Positions 45,947-54,626 of a stretch of 64,000 nucleotides of DNA are shown here, piece after piece; within the stretch, counting starts at the first letter, position 1; every line of letters starts with the position of its first letter. Made by a program: the position numbers and the translations under genes. The stretch comes from Candidatus Omnitrophota bacterium (GTDB lineage Bacteria > Omnitrophota > Gorgyraeia > Gorgyraeales > Gorgyraeaceae), in contig JBHPFI010000001.1 in NCBI GenBank assembly GCA_042572045.1, positions 112,015 through 176,014 of the forward strand, read 5' to 3'. Under the pieces are notes generated by a model. That model ran no database searches, had not been told where the DNA came from, and was given only the letters and a program-made list of their open reading frames with translations.

Positions 45947-46040
45947 TTTTATCCTCTCCACCTAAGTTTAGTCACTATTCCATCGAATCCCTATCTTTAC
46001 CAGCCTTGGCCTCTGCCACGCCATTGTGGCTAGTGTATAT

Positions 46041-46069
46041 ATGATACTACTTTGAGCTCATTGAGTCAG
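46041..46069 (-). promoter_or_regulatory. Promoter module copy: CTGACT-17 nt-TATCAT
   Basis: Same spacer CAATGAGCTCAAAGTAG. Lies ~95 nt upstream of the tpx ATG. Confidence 0.5.
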
Positions 46070-46138
46070 TTGGAGAAAGCTTATTTACAGTTCAAGCTTC
46101 CCTGTTTCTTATCGATCATCAGATGCCTTTATTTGTTC

Positions 46139-47290
46139 TCACTTGCTGCCGACATACATGTGGTATTCCAGGAGTCGGCATTCTATTTTGGCATTAAAGA
46201 AAGTGAGCCGGCGGCTAGTTCGCAATCCCACCTTCTTTGCCAGGGACATATTCCCGGTAAAGACATACCCAGTAAAACCCGCGCATTTATTCTTAAAGAA
46301 ATCCCCTATGCCTTTATACGTTTCCTCCAGCTCGCGCTGCTTTCCGAGCCTATGGCCGTATCCCGGGTTAAGAATAACGACCCCTTTTTCTTCGGGGATC
46401 GGGGTATTGTTAAAATCACAAACATGAAATTCGATGATCTGATCGACCCCGGCAGTTTGAGCATTTTTCTTCGCGGACTCAACCGCCTTTTTATCAATGT
46501 CCGCTGCGATGATCCGGAAAGGTAGTTCTTTTTTTGACTGAGCGCGTACCTCTTTATGTAAAGCGCTACATGCCTCTGAATCGAATCCTATTATGTGCTT
46601 CAACCCAAAATTGTTCCGCAATAGCCCGGGCGCACGCTTCAAGGCGATGAGCGCCGCTTCTATTGCAAGCGTACCGCTTCCGCACATGGGATTCACCAAA
46701 GGTTGCGAACCGTCAAAACCTGTGGCACGCAACAGAGCGGCTGCCAAGGTTTCCTGCAATGGGGCTGTATGGGGAATTTTCCGATAGCCTCGGTCTGAAA
46801 GCTTCTTTCCTGAAGTATTGAGATATATCCAGCATCTGTCATTGTTCCAATAAAAGTTGATCACCACATTGTTTCTGTCCGGTCCGGAATCTGGCCGACT
46901 GCCGCATTTCTCGGACACCCTGTCAACGATCGCATCTTTCACCTTCCGGCTCGCAAAAACTGAATTATTGATAGCAGGGGTATCCACGCGAGAGACGACG
47001 CTGAGGTATTCCGAGGGTGCAATATAGTCTTCCCACGGAAATGATGCGACCTCCCGGTACAGTTCATCAGGGCTTTCACAGGAAAATTGCTTGAGCAGGC
47101 AAAGCACGTTAACGCCAGTGCGTAGCGTAAGATTAAGCCTCATCGCATCATGTAACGATGCGGCTATCTCTATCCTGGTAGCGGAAGCAGACTGCACTGT
47201 ATACCCCAATTGCTCTACTTCCCGGCGTAAATAGTCAGCTACTCCCCGGGCACACGTAATCACTAACGTCTCATTTTTGTGCATGTCCAT
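46139..47290 (-). CDS. THUMP-domain class I SAM-dependent RNA methyltransferase (RlmL/YpsC-like)
   Basis: THUMP N-terminus. PMCGSGTLAIEAAL. NPGYGHRLG (the (D/N)PPY-type motif). Confidence 0.75.
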   Translation of the reverse strand: MDMHKNETLVITCARGVADYLRREVEQLGYTVQSASATRIEIAASLHDAMRLNLTLRTGVNVLCLLKQFSCESPDELYREVASFPWEDYIAPSEYLSVVSRVDTPAINNSVFASRKVKDAIVDRVSEKCGSRPDSGPDRNNVVINFYWNNDRCWIYLNTSGKKLSDRGYRKIPHTAPLQETLAAALLRATGFDGSQPLVNPMCGSGTLAIEAALIALKRAPGLLRNNFGLKHIIGFDSEACSALHKEVRAQSKKELPFRIIAADIDKKAVESAKKNAQTAGVDQIIEFHVCDFNNTPIPEEKGVVILNPGYGHRLGKQRELEETYKGIGDFFKNKCAGFTGYVFTGNMSLAKKVGLRTSRRLTFFNAKIECRLLEYHMYVGSK

Positions 47291-47376
47291 GATACAATTA
47301 TACCTATCAAAAAGGTGGGCGTCTTATGTGTTAGCTGACCCCAAATTTTTACCACCAATACTTGGAGAAAGCTTAT

Positions 47377-47604
47377 TTACAGCTCAAACTTCCCTGTTTC
47401 TTCTTTTATGGATTTAGAGAATTTGCTTTTGGTGCTATCCAGAATTTGCTGAAGAGCGGCAAATATCTTATCCACTTCTTCCGTGGTATATTCATAACCC
47501 GGAGAGGATAGATTCCCTATCAGCTCTATCTTCTTTAACGCGTTCGTCACTCTCTGCGCCGCCAATCTCTTAAACTTATCGTGTTTGCTTTCAGCTTCTG
47601 ACAT
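47377..47604 (-). CDS. Hypothetical 75-aa protein
   Basis: Clean ORF with AAAGGAGG Shine-Dalgarno sequence. A copy of its 3' end occurs at 46069-46110. Confidence 0.5.
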   Translation of the reverse strand: MSEAESKHDKFKRLAAQRVTNALKKIELIGNLSSPGYEYTTEEVDKIFAALQQILDSTKSKFSKSIKEETGKFEL

Positions 47605-47673
47605 GTCTTACCTCCTTTTAATGGTATTGTTATTATACCGCTTTGGCTCTCCCTTGCCAACATTTCCCCTATT

Positions 47674-47910
47674 TCAATAAGTGAAGAGGTCTTTCAATGA
47701 ATAGTCTTTTCCAATCACATTATTTAAGGCGTTACGAACCTTTAATTGCACATGCGGGGTTAGCCGCCTGCCCTTCATGGCCCGGGTGACCATTTTATGC
47801 GTAAGCTGCTCATCTGAATGGACAGCAAGATCATGCGGCTTAAGCCCGTTCGCCAACATAATCCTCGAGATTGGCTGTTCACCAAGGTTTTTCTCTATAT
47901 CGGCACTCAT
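47674..47910 (-). CDS. Hypothetical 78-aa protein (possible HTH)
   Basis: ORF only. Confidence 0.4.
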   Translation of the reverse strand: MSADIEKNLGEQPISRIMLANGLKPHDLAVHSDEQLTHKMVTRAMKGRRLTPHVQLKVRNALNNVIGKDYSLKDLFTY

Positions 47911-47936
47911 GGTTCAATTTTACTCCAATATTCTTT

Positions 47937-48809
47937 TTATTTCAGGGCATTTGAAGGCGCAAATCCTGTAAATTCATAGAATTTCGTGGAATCAAGCACT
48001 ACCTTGCCGATACGCGGCGGACCGTTCTTCTCGTCAAAACGGGAAGAACGAATTAAGAACTCCTCTTGATATCCGCGTTCTTGGACAAGATATGCCCCAA
48101 TATCATATAGGCTGTATTCTTGTGACCCGCCACAATGGAATATACCTTTTCCTTTTTTATCAAAAAAATGAACGACCCCCTTAGCTACATCTCTGGTTGT
48201 GATCAAGGATCTTATTTCATCGTGGAAAAGCGTCATTTTTTTATTTTTACTAAGTCTTTTTGCAATAAAGTCTATAGGCCCTTTTGTCCCTGAAATCGAG
48301 GGTCCTATCGGTAGCCCAAGGCGTATTATTCCACTCCTTTCGTGCTGTAGGATCTCGTTCTCTGCTTCTACAAAGGTTCTGCCGACCACGCTGACAGGAT
48401 CGCACACCGACGACTCCGAATAACAATCAACGGGGTCATTTCCCGAAAAGACTAAGTCTGTACTAATGTATAACAAATAGCTATCTTTTGACAAGCTGAC
48501 CATATTGCGGGTGCCTAGAACATTCACTTGATGAGCAAAATCGGGAGAGTCTTCGCACCTGTCGAGATCACAGACCCCTCCCGCGTGTACGACAGCTTTA
48601 GGCTTGACCTTATCAAAGATCTCTTTTATCTTAGAAAACTTCTCCATGGTGCAAAAAAATACTTTTTTGTCATTTTTGAAAAACTTGGAGTTAATGCCTG
48701 GTCCGATACCATATACGCGTTTTCCGTATTTCTCTCTAAACGCAGAAAAGATAGGCCATCCGTGAATGGATGTTATGCCTGTTATAAGGATATTATCAGA
48801 ATTTTGCAT
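47937..48809 (-). CDS. NAD(P)-dependent sugar-nucleotide reductase/epimerase (RfbD-like SDR)
   Basis: ILITGITSIHG Rossmann start. 290 aa. Extended-SDR layout. Confidence 0.6.
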   Translation of the reverse strand: MQNSDNILITGITSIHGWPIFSAFREKYGKRVYGIGPGINSKFFKNDKKVFFCTMEKFSKIKEIFDKVKPKAVVHAGGVCDLDRCEDSPDFAHQVNVLGTRNMVSLSKDSYLLYISTDLVFSGNDPVDCYSESSVCDPVSVVGRTFVEAENEILQHERSGIIRLGLPIGPSISGTKGPIDFIAKRLSKNKKMTLFHDEIRSLITTRDVAKGVVHFFDKKGKGIFHCGGSQEYSLYDIGAYLVQERGYQEEFLIRSSRFDEKNGPPRIGKVVLDSTKFYEFTGFAPSNALK

Positions 48810-48924
48810 AAATAAATATTTGCTGGGTTTCCCTTCATTTTAAGCACCGGTTTCACATCTTTATTTTCCAGGGCAATTCTTTTCTATTTTCTTGTTTCAT
48901 ATTATCATTTTAAATGATGGGATT

Positions 48925-50541
48925 TTAAGAATATAATAGAAGAAGTTGCTTTTTAATATTTTCATCGGACAAATATTCGTCAAATGTTATGTTGGGGCGA
49001 TCTATAAAACCCCTGGGCGTAATCTCAATAATGCGGTTAGCCACAGTTTGAATCAGCTGATGGTCATGCGAAGTAAATAAAATAGTTCCGCCAAACTTCC
49101 CCAAGCCCTTATTTAAGGACTCGATTGATTCTAAGTCTAAATGATTGGTCGGATGATCCAGGATTAGCGTATTGGGCTGGGCCAGCATCATGCGAGATAG
49201 CATGCATCTGACCCGCTCGCCACCGGATAAAACTCTGACCTGTTTAAAAGATTCATCGCCGGAAAAAAGCATACGTCCTAAATATCCGCGTACAAAAACC
49301 TCGTAAGTATTATCCGAATACTGGCGAAGCCAATCGATAAGATTGCAGTCTACATCAAAATATTTAGAGTTATCCTTAGGATAATAAGCCTGGCTAGTTG
49401 AGGCGCCCCATTTAAAATTACCGCCATCAGGCCGTATCTCTCCAACCAACACCTGAAATAGAGTCGTCTTAGCAATATTATTGGGCCCGACAAAAGCTAT
49501 TTTATCGCCTTTCTCAACAGTAATGGTAAAATTCTTAAACAAAACCTGTCCATTAAGCGACTTAGATAAATGATCGATATTCAAGATATTGTTTCCGGCC
49601 TCGCGCTCTTGTTCAAAGCTTATATACGGACTCTTCCTCGAAGAAGGCTTAATATCCTCAAGGGTAAGTTTTTCCAAAGTCTTCTTACGGCTGGTTGCCT
49701 GCCTGGCCTTAGAGGCATTAGCGCTAAAACGGGCTATAAAATTTTTCAACTCTTCTCTTTTTTTCTCTACCTTTTTATTAGTTTCAATACGCTGTCTTAA
49801 AATCAACTGGCTGGATTCTAACCAGAAACTGAAATTACCCGGGTACAGCTGAATATTGCCATAATCAATATCCGCGATATGCGTACAAACCTTGTCCAGG
49901 AAATGGCGGTCATGAGAAACCACAATAGCTATATTTTCAAAGTTACATAAAAATTCTTCAAGCCATTTACAATTTTCAATATCCAGATGGTTGGTAGGCT
50001 CATCGAGCAATAAGATGTCAGGGTTACCGAACAATGCCTGGGCCAAGAGGATGCGCACCTTCTGCCCTTCTTCTAGCTGCTTCATCTCGAGGCCATGGAA
50101 TTCTCCTGGAATGCCCAATTCACTTAACAATTTAGCTGCATCAGATTCAGCGTTCCACCCATCCATCTTAGCAAACTCTACCTCAAGCTCAGAGAGATGC
50201 ATTCCATCTTTATTAGAAAAGTTCTTTTTAGCATAGAGTATGTCTTTTTCCATCGTGACATCATAGAGTCTTTTATGCCCCATGATAACAGTGGTCAAAG
50301 CCGTGTACTCGTCAAAAGCAAACTGATCCTGTTTTAAGACTGCGATACGTTTGTCGGGAGATACTGCAACCTCTCCTGCAGTAGAGTCAACTTCACCGGA
50401 AAGAATTTTTAAAAACGTAGATTTTCCTGAACCGTTAGCTCCTATCAGCCCGTAACAATTCCCAGGAGAAAAGACTATATTGACATTAGAGAAAAGCTTA
50501 CGCGAGCCATAGTGCAATGATATTCCGTTAGATGAAATCAT
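48925..50541 (-). CDS. ABC-F family ATPase (two ABC domains, no TM)
   Basis: GANGSGKST and GPNNIAKTT Walker A motifs. Two LSGGE-type signatures. Charged linker. Confidence 0.85.
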   Translation of the reverse strand: MISSNGISLHYGSRKLFSNVNIVFSPGNCYGLIGANGSGKSTFLKILSGEVDSTAGEVAVSPDKRIAVLKQDQFAFDEYTALTTVIMGHKRLYDVTMEKDILYAKKNFSNKDGMHLSELEVEFAKMDGWNAESDAAKLLSELGIPGEFHGLEMKQLEEGQKVRILLAQALFGNPDILLLDEPTNHLDIENCKWLEEFLCNFENIAIVVSHDRHFLDKVCTHIADIDYGNIQLYPGNFSFWLESSQLILRQRIETNKKVEKKREELKNFIARFSANASKARQATSRKKTLEKLTLEDIKPSSRKSPYISFEQEREAGNNILNIDHLSKSLNGQVLFKNFTITVEKGDKIAFVGPNNIAKTTLFQVLVGEIRPDGGNFKWGASTSQAYYPKDNSKYFDVDCNLIDWLRQYSDNTYEVFVRGYLGRMLFSGDESFKQVRVLSGGERVRCMLSRMMLAQPNTLILDHPTNHLDLESIESLNKGLGKFGGTILFTSHDHQLIQTVANRIIEITPRGFIDRPNITFDEYLSDENIKKQLLLLYS

Positions 50542-50569
50542 GTTTTAAAATCCTTTAATATTGGTAGAT

Positions 50570-50599
50570 AAAAAAGGGCCCTGTTTTTAAGCAGGGCCC
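50570..50599 (-). terminator. Intrinsic terminator
   Basis: GGGCCCTG / CAGGGCCC stem followed by TTTTTT on the minus strand. Confidence 0.7.
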
Positions 50600-50790
50600 G
50601 CATATCACCCATTTCCTATTAAACTTAGCTTATTTTATCAAACACTGTTCGAATTTGCAAGAAAAAAGCCTCTCCCTTGGCCAATCCCTCACCAATCCAT
50701 CTAGTCCCTATATTATACCTTAGCCAATCCTGCCTTCGCCAACCCCTCTCCAAATCACTTTTTTGACTCCCTCAGCCCTAGCCTACTAGC

Positions 50791-51123
50791 TCAATTACGA
50801 ACCCGACCTTTGCTTTTCAGTTTTTCAGCTTGTTTCTTGGCCTTTCGAGCTTCTTTCTCAGTCTTCTTTTTGGCTTTTTTAGCTTCTTTTTCTGCTCGCT
50901 TTGCAGCCCTCTTTGCCTTTCGCTTTGCTATTATAGCTTCTTTTTCTCCCTCAGATTTTCCTATAGTAGAAAACCAATCTCCTGCGCGATTGAATATAGC
51001 TTCATCGCTGGCATGCTCGTAGGCCTTTGTGCTCGCGCCCCTCCTACCACCCTCTGCAGCAAACGCAGCTGTTGAAACCATAACAAAAGCTAATACTAAA
51101 ACTAATGTCATAAGCTTTCTCAC
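50791..51123 (-). CDS. Secreted Lys/Ala-rich low-complexity protein
   Basis: Signal peptide, then a KRKAKRAAKRAEKEAKKAKKK tail. Confidence 0.5.
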   Translation of the reverse strand: MRKLMTLVLVLAFVMVSTAAFAAEGGRRGASTKAYEHASDEAIFNRAGDWFSTIGKSEGEKEAIIAKRKAKRAAKRAEKEAKKAKKKTEKEARKAKKQAEKLKSKGRVRN

Positions 51124-51153
51124 AACTAACCTCCTATTTATCTAAGAGTCCTG

Positions 51154-51492
51154 TCAGAATCCAAAACTCTTCTTAGCATCGCCTACTGCAGCCTTCGCAG
51201 CAGATTCTAATGCACTCTTGGCCTTATCAAGCAATGCCTTTGCTTCCTGAGAATCGCTATCCACATATCTCAAGATATACTGGGCAATATCAACTGCGCC
51301 CTGAAATTCTTTTGAATTATAGAATGCCTTTGCCTGGCCAACAAGATATTGCGCTTTTTCTTCCGCTGTCTCCATGCCTTTTGCGACATTTATTGCGGCA
51401 CTACTAGACCCTTCCTTTGCTTGACCACAGCCAGCCAATGCCAATCCGAACATCAAACCACACACCAGAACCACAGATATAGCATTCCTCAT
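51154..51492 (-). CDS. Lipoprotein (112 aa)
   Basis: ATG at 51492 behind AAAGGAG. Lipobox LALAGC. Confidence 0.55.
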   Translation of the reverse strand: MRNAISVVLVCGLMFGLALAGCGQAKEGSSSAAINVAKGMETAEEKAQYLVGQAKAFYNSKEFQGAVDIAQYILRYVDSDSQEAKALLDKAKSALESAAKAAVGDAKKSFGF

Positions 51493-51508
51493 ATCACACC
51501 GCTCCTTT

Positions 51509-52321
51509 CTATTGCTTTTCATTATACATATGGACATCCCTTTGTGGGAATGGGATAGTAATACCATTCTTTTCTAACTCCAACTTACCTTTCTCTAAGG
51601 TATCAAAGCGAACAGCCCAGTAATCTTGAGGTTTTACATAAGGTCTGCATACAAGGTTTACACTACTATCACCCAGCTCTGAAACAGCAATGACAGGTTT
51701 GGGATCCTTTAATACTCGTGGATCAGAAGATACTACTTTTTCCAATGCCTCCTTTGCAGTTTTTATATTGTCACTATATGAGATACCAAAAACCAGATCA
51801 ACTCTTCTTTTCTGAATAGCGCTGAAATTGGTAATATTATCCCCTGTGACTTTTGAGTTAGGGACAACAATGCGCCTATTATCAAAATGGTCTAAGATTG
51901 TATTGAATATTTGAATTTCTACAACTGTTCCCATAGTTCCAGAAACGGCAATAAAATCACCAACCTTAAACGGTTTAAAGATAATAAGCAGCACTCCTGC
52001 AGCAAAATTAGATAGAGAGCCTTGGAGAGCTAGACCAACGGCTAAACCTGCAGCACCTATTACGGCAATAAAAGATGTTGTCTGAATGCCAAGCTTACCA
52101 AGGGCAGCTATTACTACAAAGACCATGAGCCCCACATAGGAGATATTCTTGACAAAAGATGCCAGTGTCTTTTCAGTATTAGCCTTTATCATTAACTTTT
52201 CAATAACCCTGGAAACAATACGGGCCAGCCATTTACCAATAATAAAGATAGCTATAGCTGCCATAAAACTCAGCCCATATGTTATAATATACACATGCAG
52301 CTTATCTAAAGCCTCTTCCAT
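51509..52321 (-). CDS. mscS: Small-conductance mechanosensitive channel
   Basis: GAAGLAVGLALQGSLSNFAAGVLLIIFKPFKVGD. Confidence 0.85.
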   Translation of the reverse strand: MEEALDKLHVYIITYGLSFMAAIAIFIIGKWLARIVSRVIEKLMIKANTEKTLASFVKNISYVGLMVFVVIAALGKLGIQTTSFIAVIGAAGLAVGLALQGSLSNFAAGVLLIIFKPFKVGDFIAVSGTMGTVVEIQIFNTILDHFDNRRIVVPNSKVTGDNITNFSAIQKRRVDLVFGISYSDNIKTAKEALEKVVSSDPRVLKDPKPVIAVSELGDSSVNLVCRPYVKPQDYWAVRFDTLEKGKLELEKNGITIPFPQRDVHMYNEKQ

Positions 52322-52355
52322 GTTTCCCGCCTTTCTTTACTGCTACTATAAACTA

Positions 52356-52526
52356 CTACTTCTTCTTCTTGCCTACCAAGAAGTAAAGCACCATGCCTAT
52401 AATAGGCAATACCAATATGAGGATAATCCATAGCGCTTTCTTTCCTGTATCCATTGAACTCTTTACAGCATCAACAATAGCTATGATATCCAACACCACT
52501 ACTACTAGACCCAGTATTCCGCCCAT
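52356..52526 (-). CDS. 56-aa PLDc_N-type small membrane protein
   Basis: Below the track cutoff. AAAGGAGGG Shine-Dalgarno sequence. MGGILGLVVVVLDIIAIVDAVKS..KALWIILILVLPIIGMVLYFLVGKKKK. Confidence 0.6.
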   Translation of the reverse strand: MGGILGLVVVVLDIIAIVDAVKSSMDTGKKALWIILILVLPIIGMVLYFLVGKKKK

Positions 52527-52650
52527 AATAACCCTCCTTTTATCTAAAAACGGTTTTTATTTACCAAAACCTCCGAACACTTTCTTGACTTTTTCCACGC
52601 CTGCCTTTGCTGTATCAGCCAGGGCGTTCTTTAATGCTAGCCTCCTTTCC

Positions 52651-53727
52651 TTATTTTTCAAACAATTTTTTATACTCAGGGTATCCTTCTTTTTCCAGGT
52701 CTTCTTTTGGTATAAACCTTAAAGAAGCAGAGTTTATGCAATAGCGCAGGCCTGTAGGATTAGGGCCATCTGTAAACACGTGGCCAAGATGAGAATCAGA
52801 GAACTTAGTTTTTACCTCAGTTCTTATCATAGAAAGGCTTTTGTCCTCTTTTTCAATGATACTTCCTTTCTCGAGAGGTTTAGTAAAGCATGGCCAGCCA
52901 GTGCCTGAATCAAACTTGTCTAAAGAGCTAAAAAGAGGCTCGCCTGATATCACATCCACATATATCCCCTCTTTTTTATTGTCCCAGTACTTATTTTTAA
53001 AAGAAGGCTCAGTGCCGCGCTCTTGTGTAACCTTGTACTGTAAAGGCGTGAGTTTGGCTTTAAGTTCTTCTTTAGATAGTTTAGATACTTTGGATACTTT
53101 TTTATAAGCCTTGGGTTTTTTCTGTAAAGTTTGTTTCCATTTTTCCTTTATATATAGATCGCGGCCTGAACCAGATTTATAACGATTGTACTTTAAGGGG
53201 CATGTCTTGTAATAATCCTGGTGATAATCTTCTGCCTTGTAAAACGTAGAGGCCTGGATGATTTCTGTAACAATAGGTTTTATAAATTTTCCGGATTTCT
53301 CTAATTTTACCTTTGATTCTTCTGCCTCTAGCTTTTGCTCCCGGGTATGATAGAAAATAGCTGTTTTATACTGTGTGCCCCTATCAGCAAACTGCCCTCC
53401 TTCATCAGTCGGGTCTATCTGCCTCCAGAATACCTCGAGAAGTTCTTTATATGTTATTTTGGAGCTGTCATATGTGACTTCGACTGTCTCTAGATGACCT
53501 GTCGTTCCTGATGATACCTCTTTGTAAGTCGGATTCTTTCTGCCTCCACCTGTATATCCAGATACAACATCCCTGACCCCTTCTAGTTCTTCAAAAGGCG
53601 CCTCCATGCACCAGAAACAGCCACCAGCGAATGTGGCTTTTTCAAACCTTGTACCTGCTTGAGCGTTAGACTGAACTATAAAAAACATAAAAAATGCAGT
53701 TGAATATTTTAAAACTTTACTTGTCAT
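52651..53727 (-). CDS. msrAB: Periplasmic bifunctional methionine sulfoxide reductase MsrA-MsrB
   Basis: Signal peptide. GGCFWCME (MsrA). [11 protein letters not shown] (MsrB). Confidence 0.85.
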   Translation of the reverse strand: MTSKVLKYSTAFFMFFIVQSNAQAGTRFEKATFAGGCFWCMEAPFEELEGVRDVVSGYTGGGRKNPTYKEVSSGTTGHLETVEVTYDSSKITYKELLEVFWRQIDPTDEGGQFADRGTQYKTAIFYHTREQKLEAEESKVKLEKSGKFIKPIVTEIIQASTFYKAEDYHQDYYKTCPLKYNRYKSGSGRDLYIKEKWKQTLQKKPKAYKKVSKVSKLSKEELKAKLTPLQYKVTQERGTEPSFKNKYWDNKKEGIYVDVISGEPLFSSLDKFDSGTGWPCFTKPLEKGSIIEKEDKSLSMIRTEVKTKFSDSHLGHVFTDGPNPTGLRYCINSASLRFIPKEDLEKEGYPEYKKLFEK

Positions 53728-53738
53728 ACCTATTACTT

Positions 53739-54482
53739 TTATTTTACTTCAATCTCTATATCTGGATTAAAAGGATTTGTCCTTACTGCCAAAGAGAATA
53801 AGTAAGGATAGTTATCTTTCAAATGCTTCATATAATCCAGCCATTCTGATATTAAATAGCCATAGGCTCTTTTTAAATCTCCTGACAGGTGTTCATAATC
53901 ACTTTTTGGTAAATTAGAAAGACTCTTTCTGTGGATCAGCTCTTCGGTTAAATGAAACGTTGCCCATAAAAGATTGGTAAATGATTCGTGTTCTAATAAG
54001 TTCTGATTTTCTAAAAGCCCAAGAAGAAACTGCCTTCTGTTGCTTAAAAATGCTTTCAGGTCTTGTAAATCCACTTTTTTTATATCAATATTAAAAGATT
54101 GCTTATTAAAATCTTTGCGCTTCTTTAAGAATTCCTTGCTTGGCCATTCGTTTATATTAGTGAGTTTTTTATTTATGCTATTTATATCTAAATTAGAAAC
54201 TGAAAGAATCTTCAATAACTCCGTACCTACATCGCTAAAGAACGCGCCTATTACCATATAAAGTTTATTCAACAGCACTTTTTTCTCCCGGTAATCAAGT
54301 AATTGGTGTAGTATCAGGGTAACTAATAAAACTTCAAAAAACACAAAGGCGATATCGCCTATCATATAAATGAATATATGATGAGCATCTCTAAATATAG
54401 CAAAATGTATAAGATAAACAATAGCAGATAAAGCTATAAGCGTTGTTCCAAAAAATAACTGCCAGTTTAAAAATTTCTTCAT
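53739..54482 (-). CDS. Membrane protein (2 TM plus a cytoplasmic domain), function unknown
   Basis: 247-aa ORF behind GGTGGAGAGGG. It shares its 5' leader with tpx. Confidence 0.55.
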   Translation of the reverse strand: MKKFLNWQLFFGTTLIALSAIVYLIHFAIFRDAHHIFIYMIGDIAFVFFEVLLVTLILHQLLDYREKKVLLNKLYMVIGAFFSDVGTELLKILSVSNLDINSINKKLTNINEWPSKEFLKKRKDFNKQSFNIDIKKVDLQDLKAFLSNRRQFLLGLLENQNLLEHESFTNLLWATFHLTEELIHRKSLSNLPKSDYEHLSGDLKRAYGYLISEWLDYMKHLKDNYPYLFSLAVRTNPFNPDIEIEVK

Positions 54483-54580
54483 AACGTTTTACCCTCTCCA
54501 CCTAATCTTAGTCACTACTCCATCGAAGCCCTATCTTTACCAGCCTTGCCATCTACTACATCATTGTGGCTAGTGGGAAT

Positions 54581-54609
54581 ATTATATCAACTTAGTCTTA
54601 TTTGGACAA
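54581..54609 (-). promoter_or_regulatory. Promoter: TTGTCC-17 nt-TATAAT (diverged module copy)
   Basis: 17-nt spacer. Followed 11 nt later by the palindrome-derived CCACAATGATGTAG, as in the other copies. Confidence 0.45.
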
Positions 54610-54626
54610 GAAAAACTCTATTTTGT

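Noticed and set aside
52540-52650. A 27-codon frame ending ...KVFGGFGK* behind AAGGAGG, between msrAB and the PLDc_N peptide gene.
   Set aside because: There is no ATG, GTG or TTG at a plausible distance from the Shine-Dalgarno sequence; the frame opens with GCA TTA.
9242-54609. Reading the dispersed repeats as a CRISPR array or as MITEs with terminal inverted repeats.
   Set aside because: The copies are not arrayed with regular spacers. All share one orientation relative to the downstream genes. I could not find terminal inverted repeats or target-site duplications around them.
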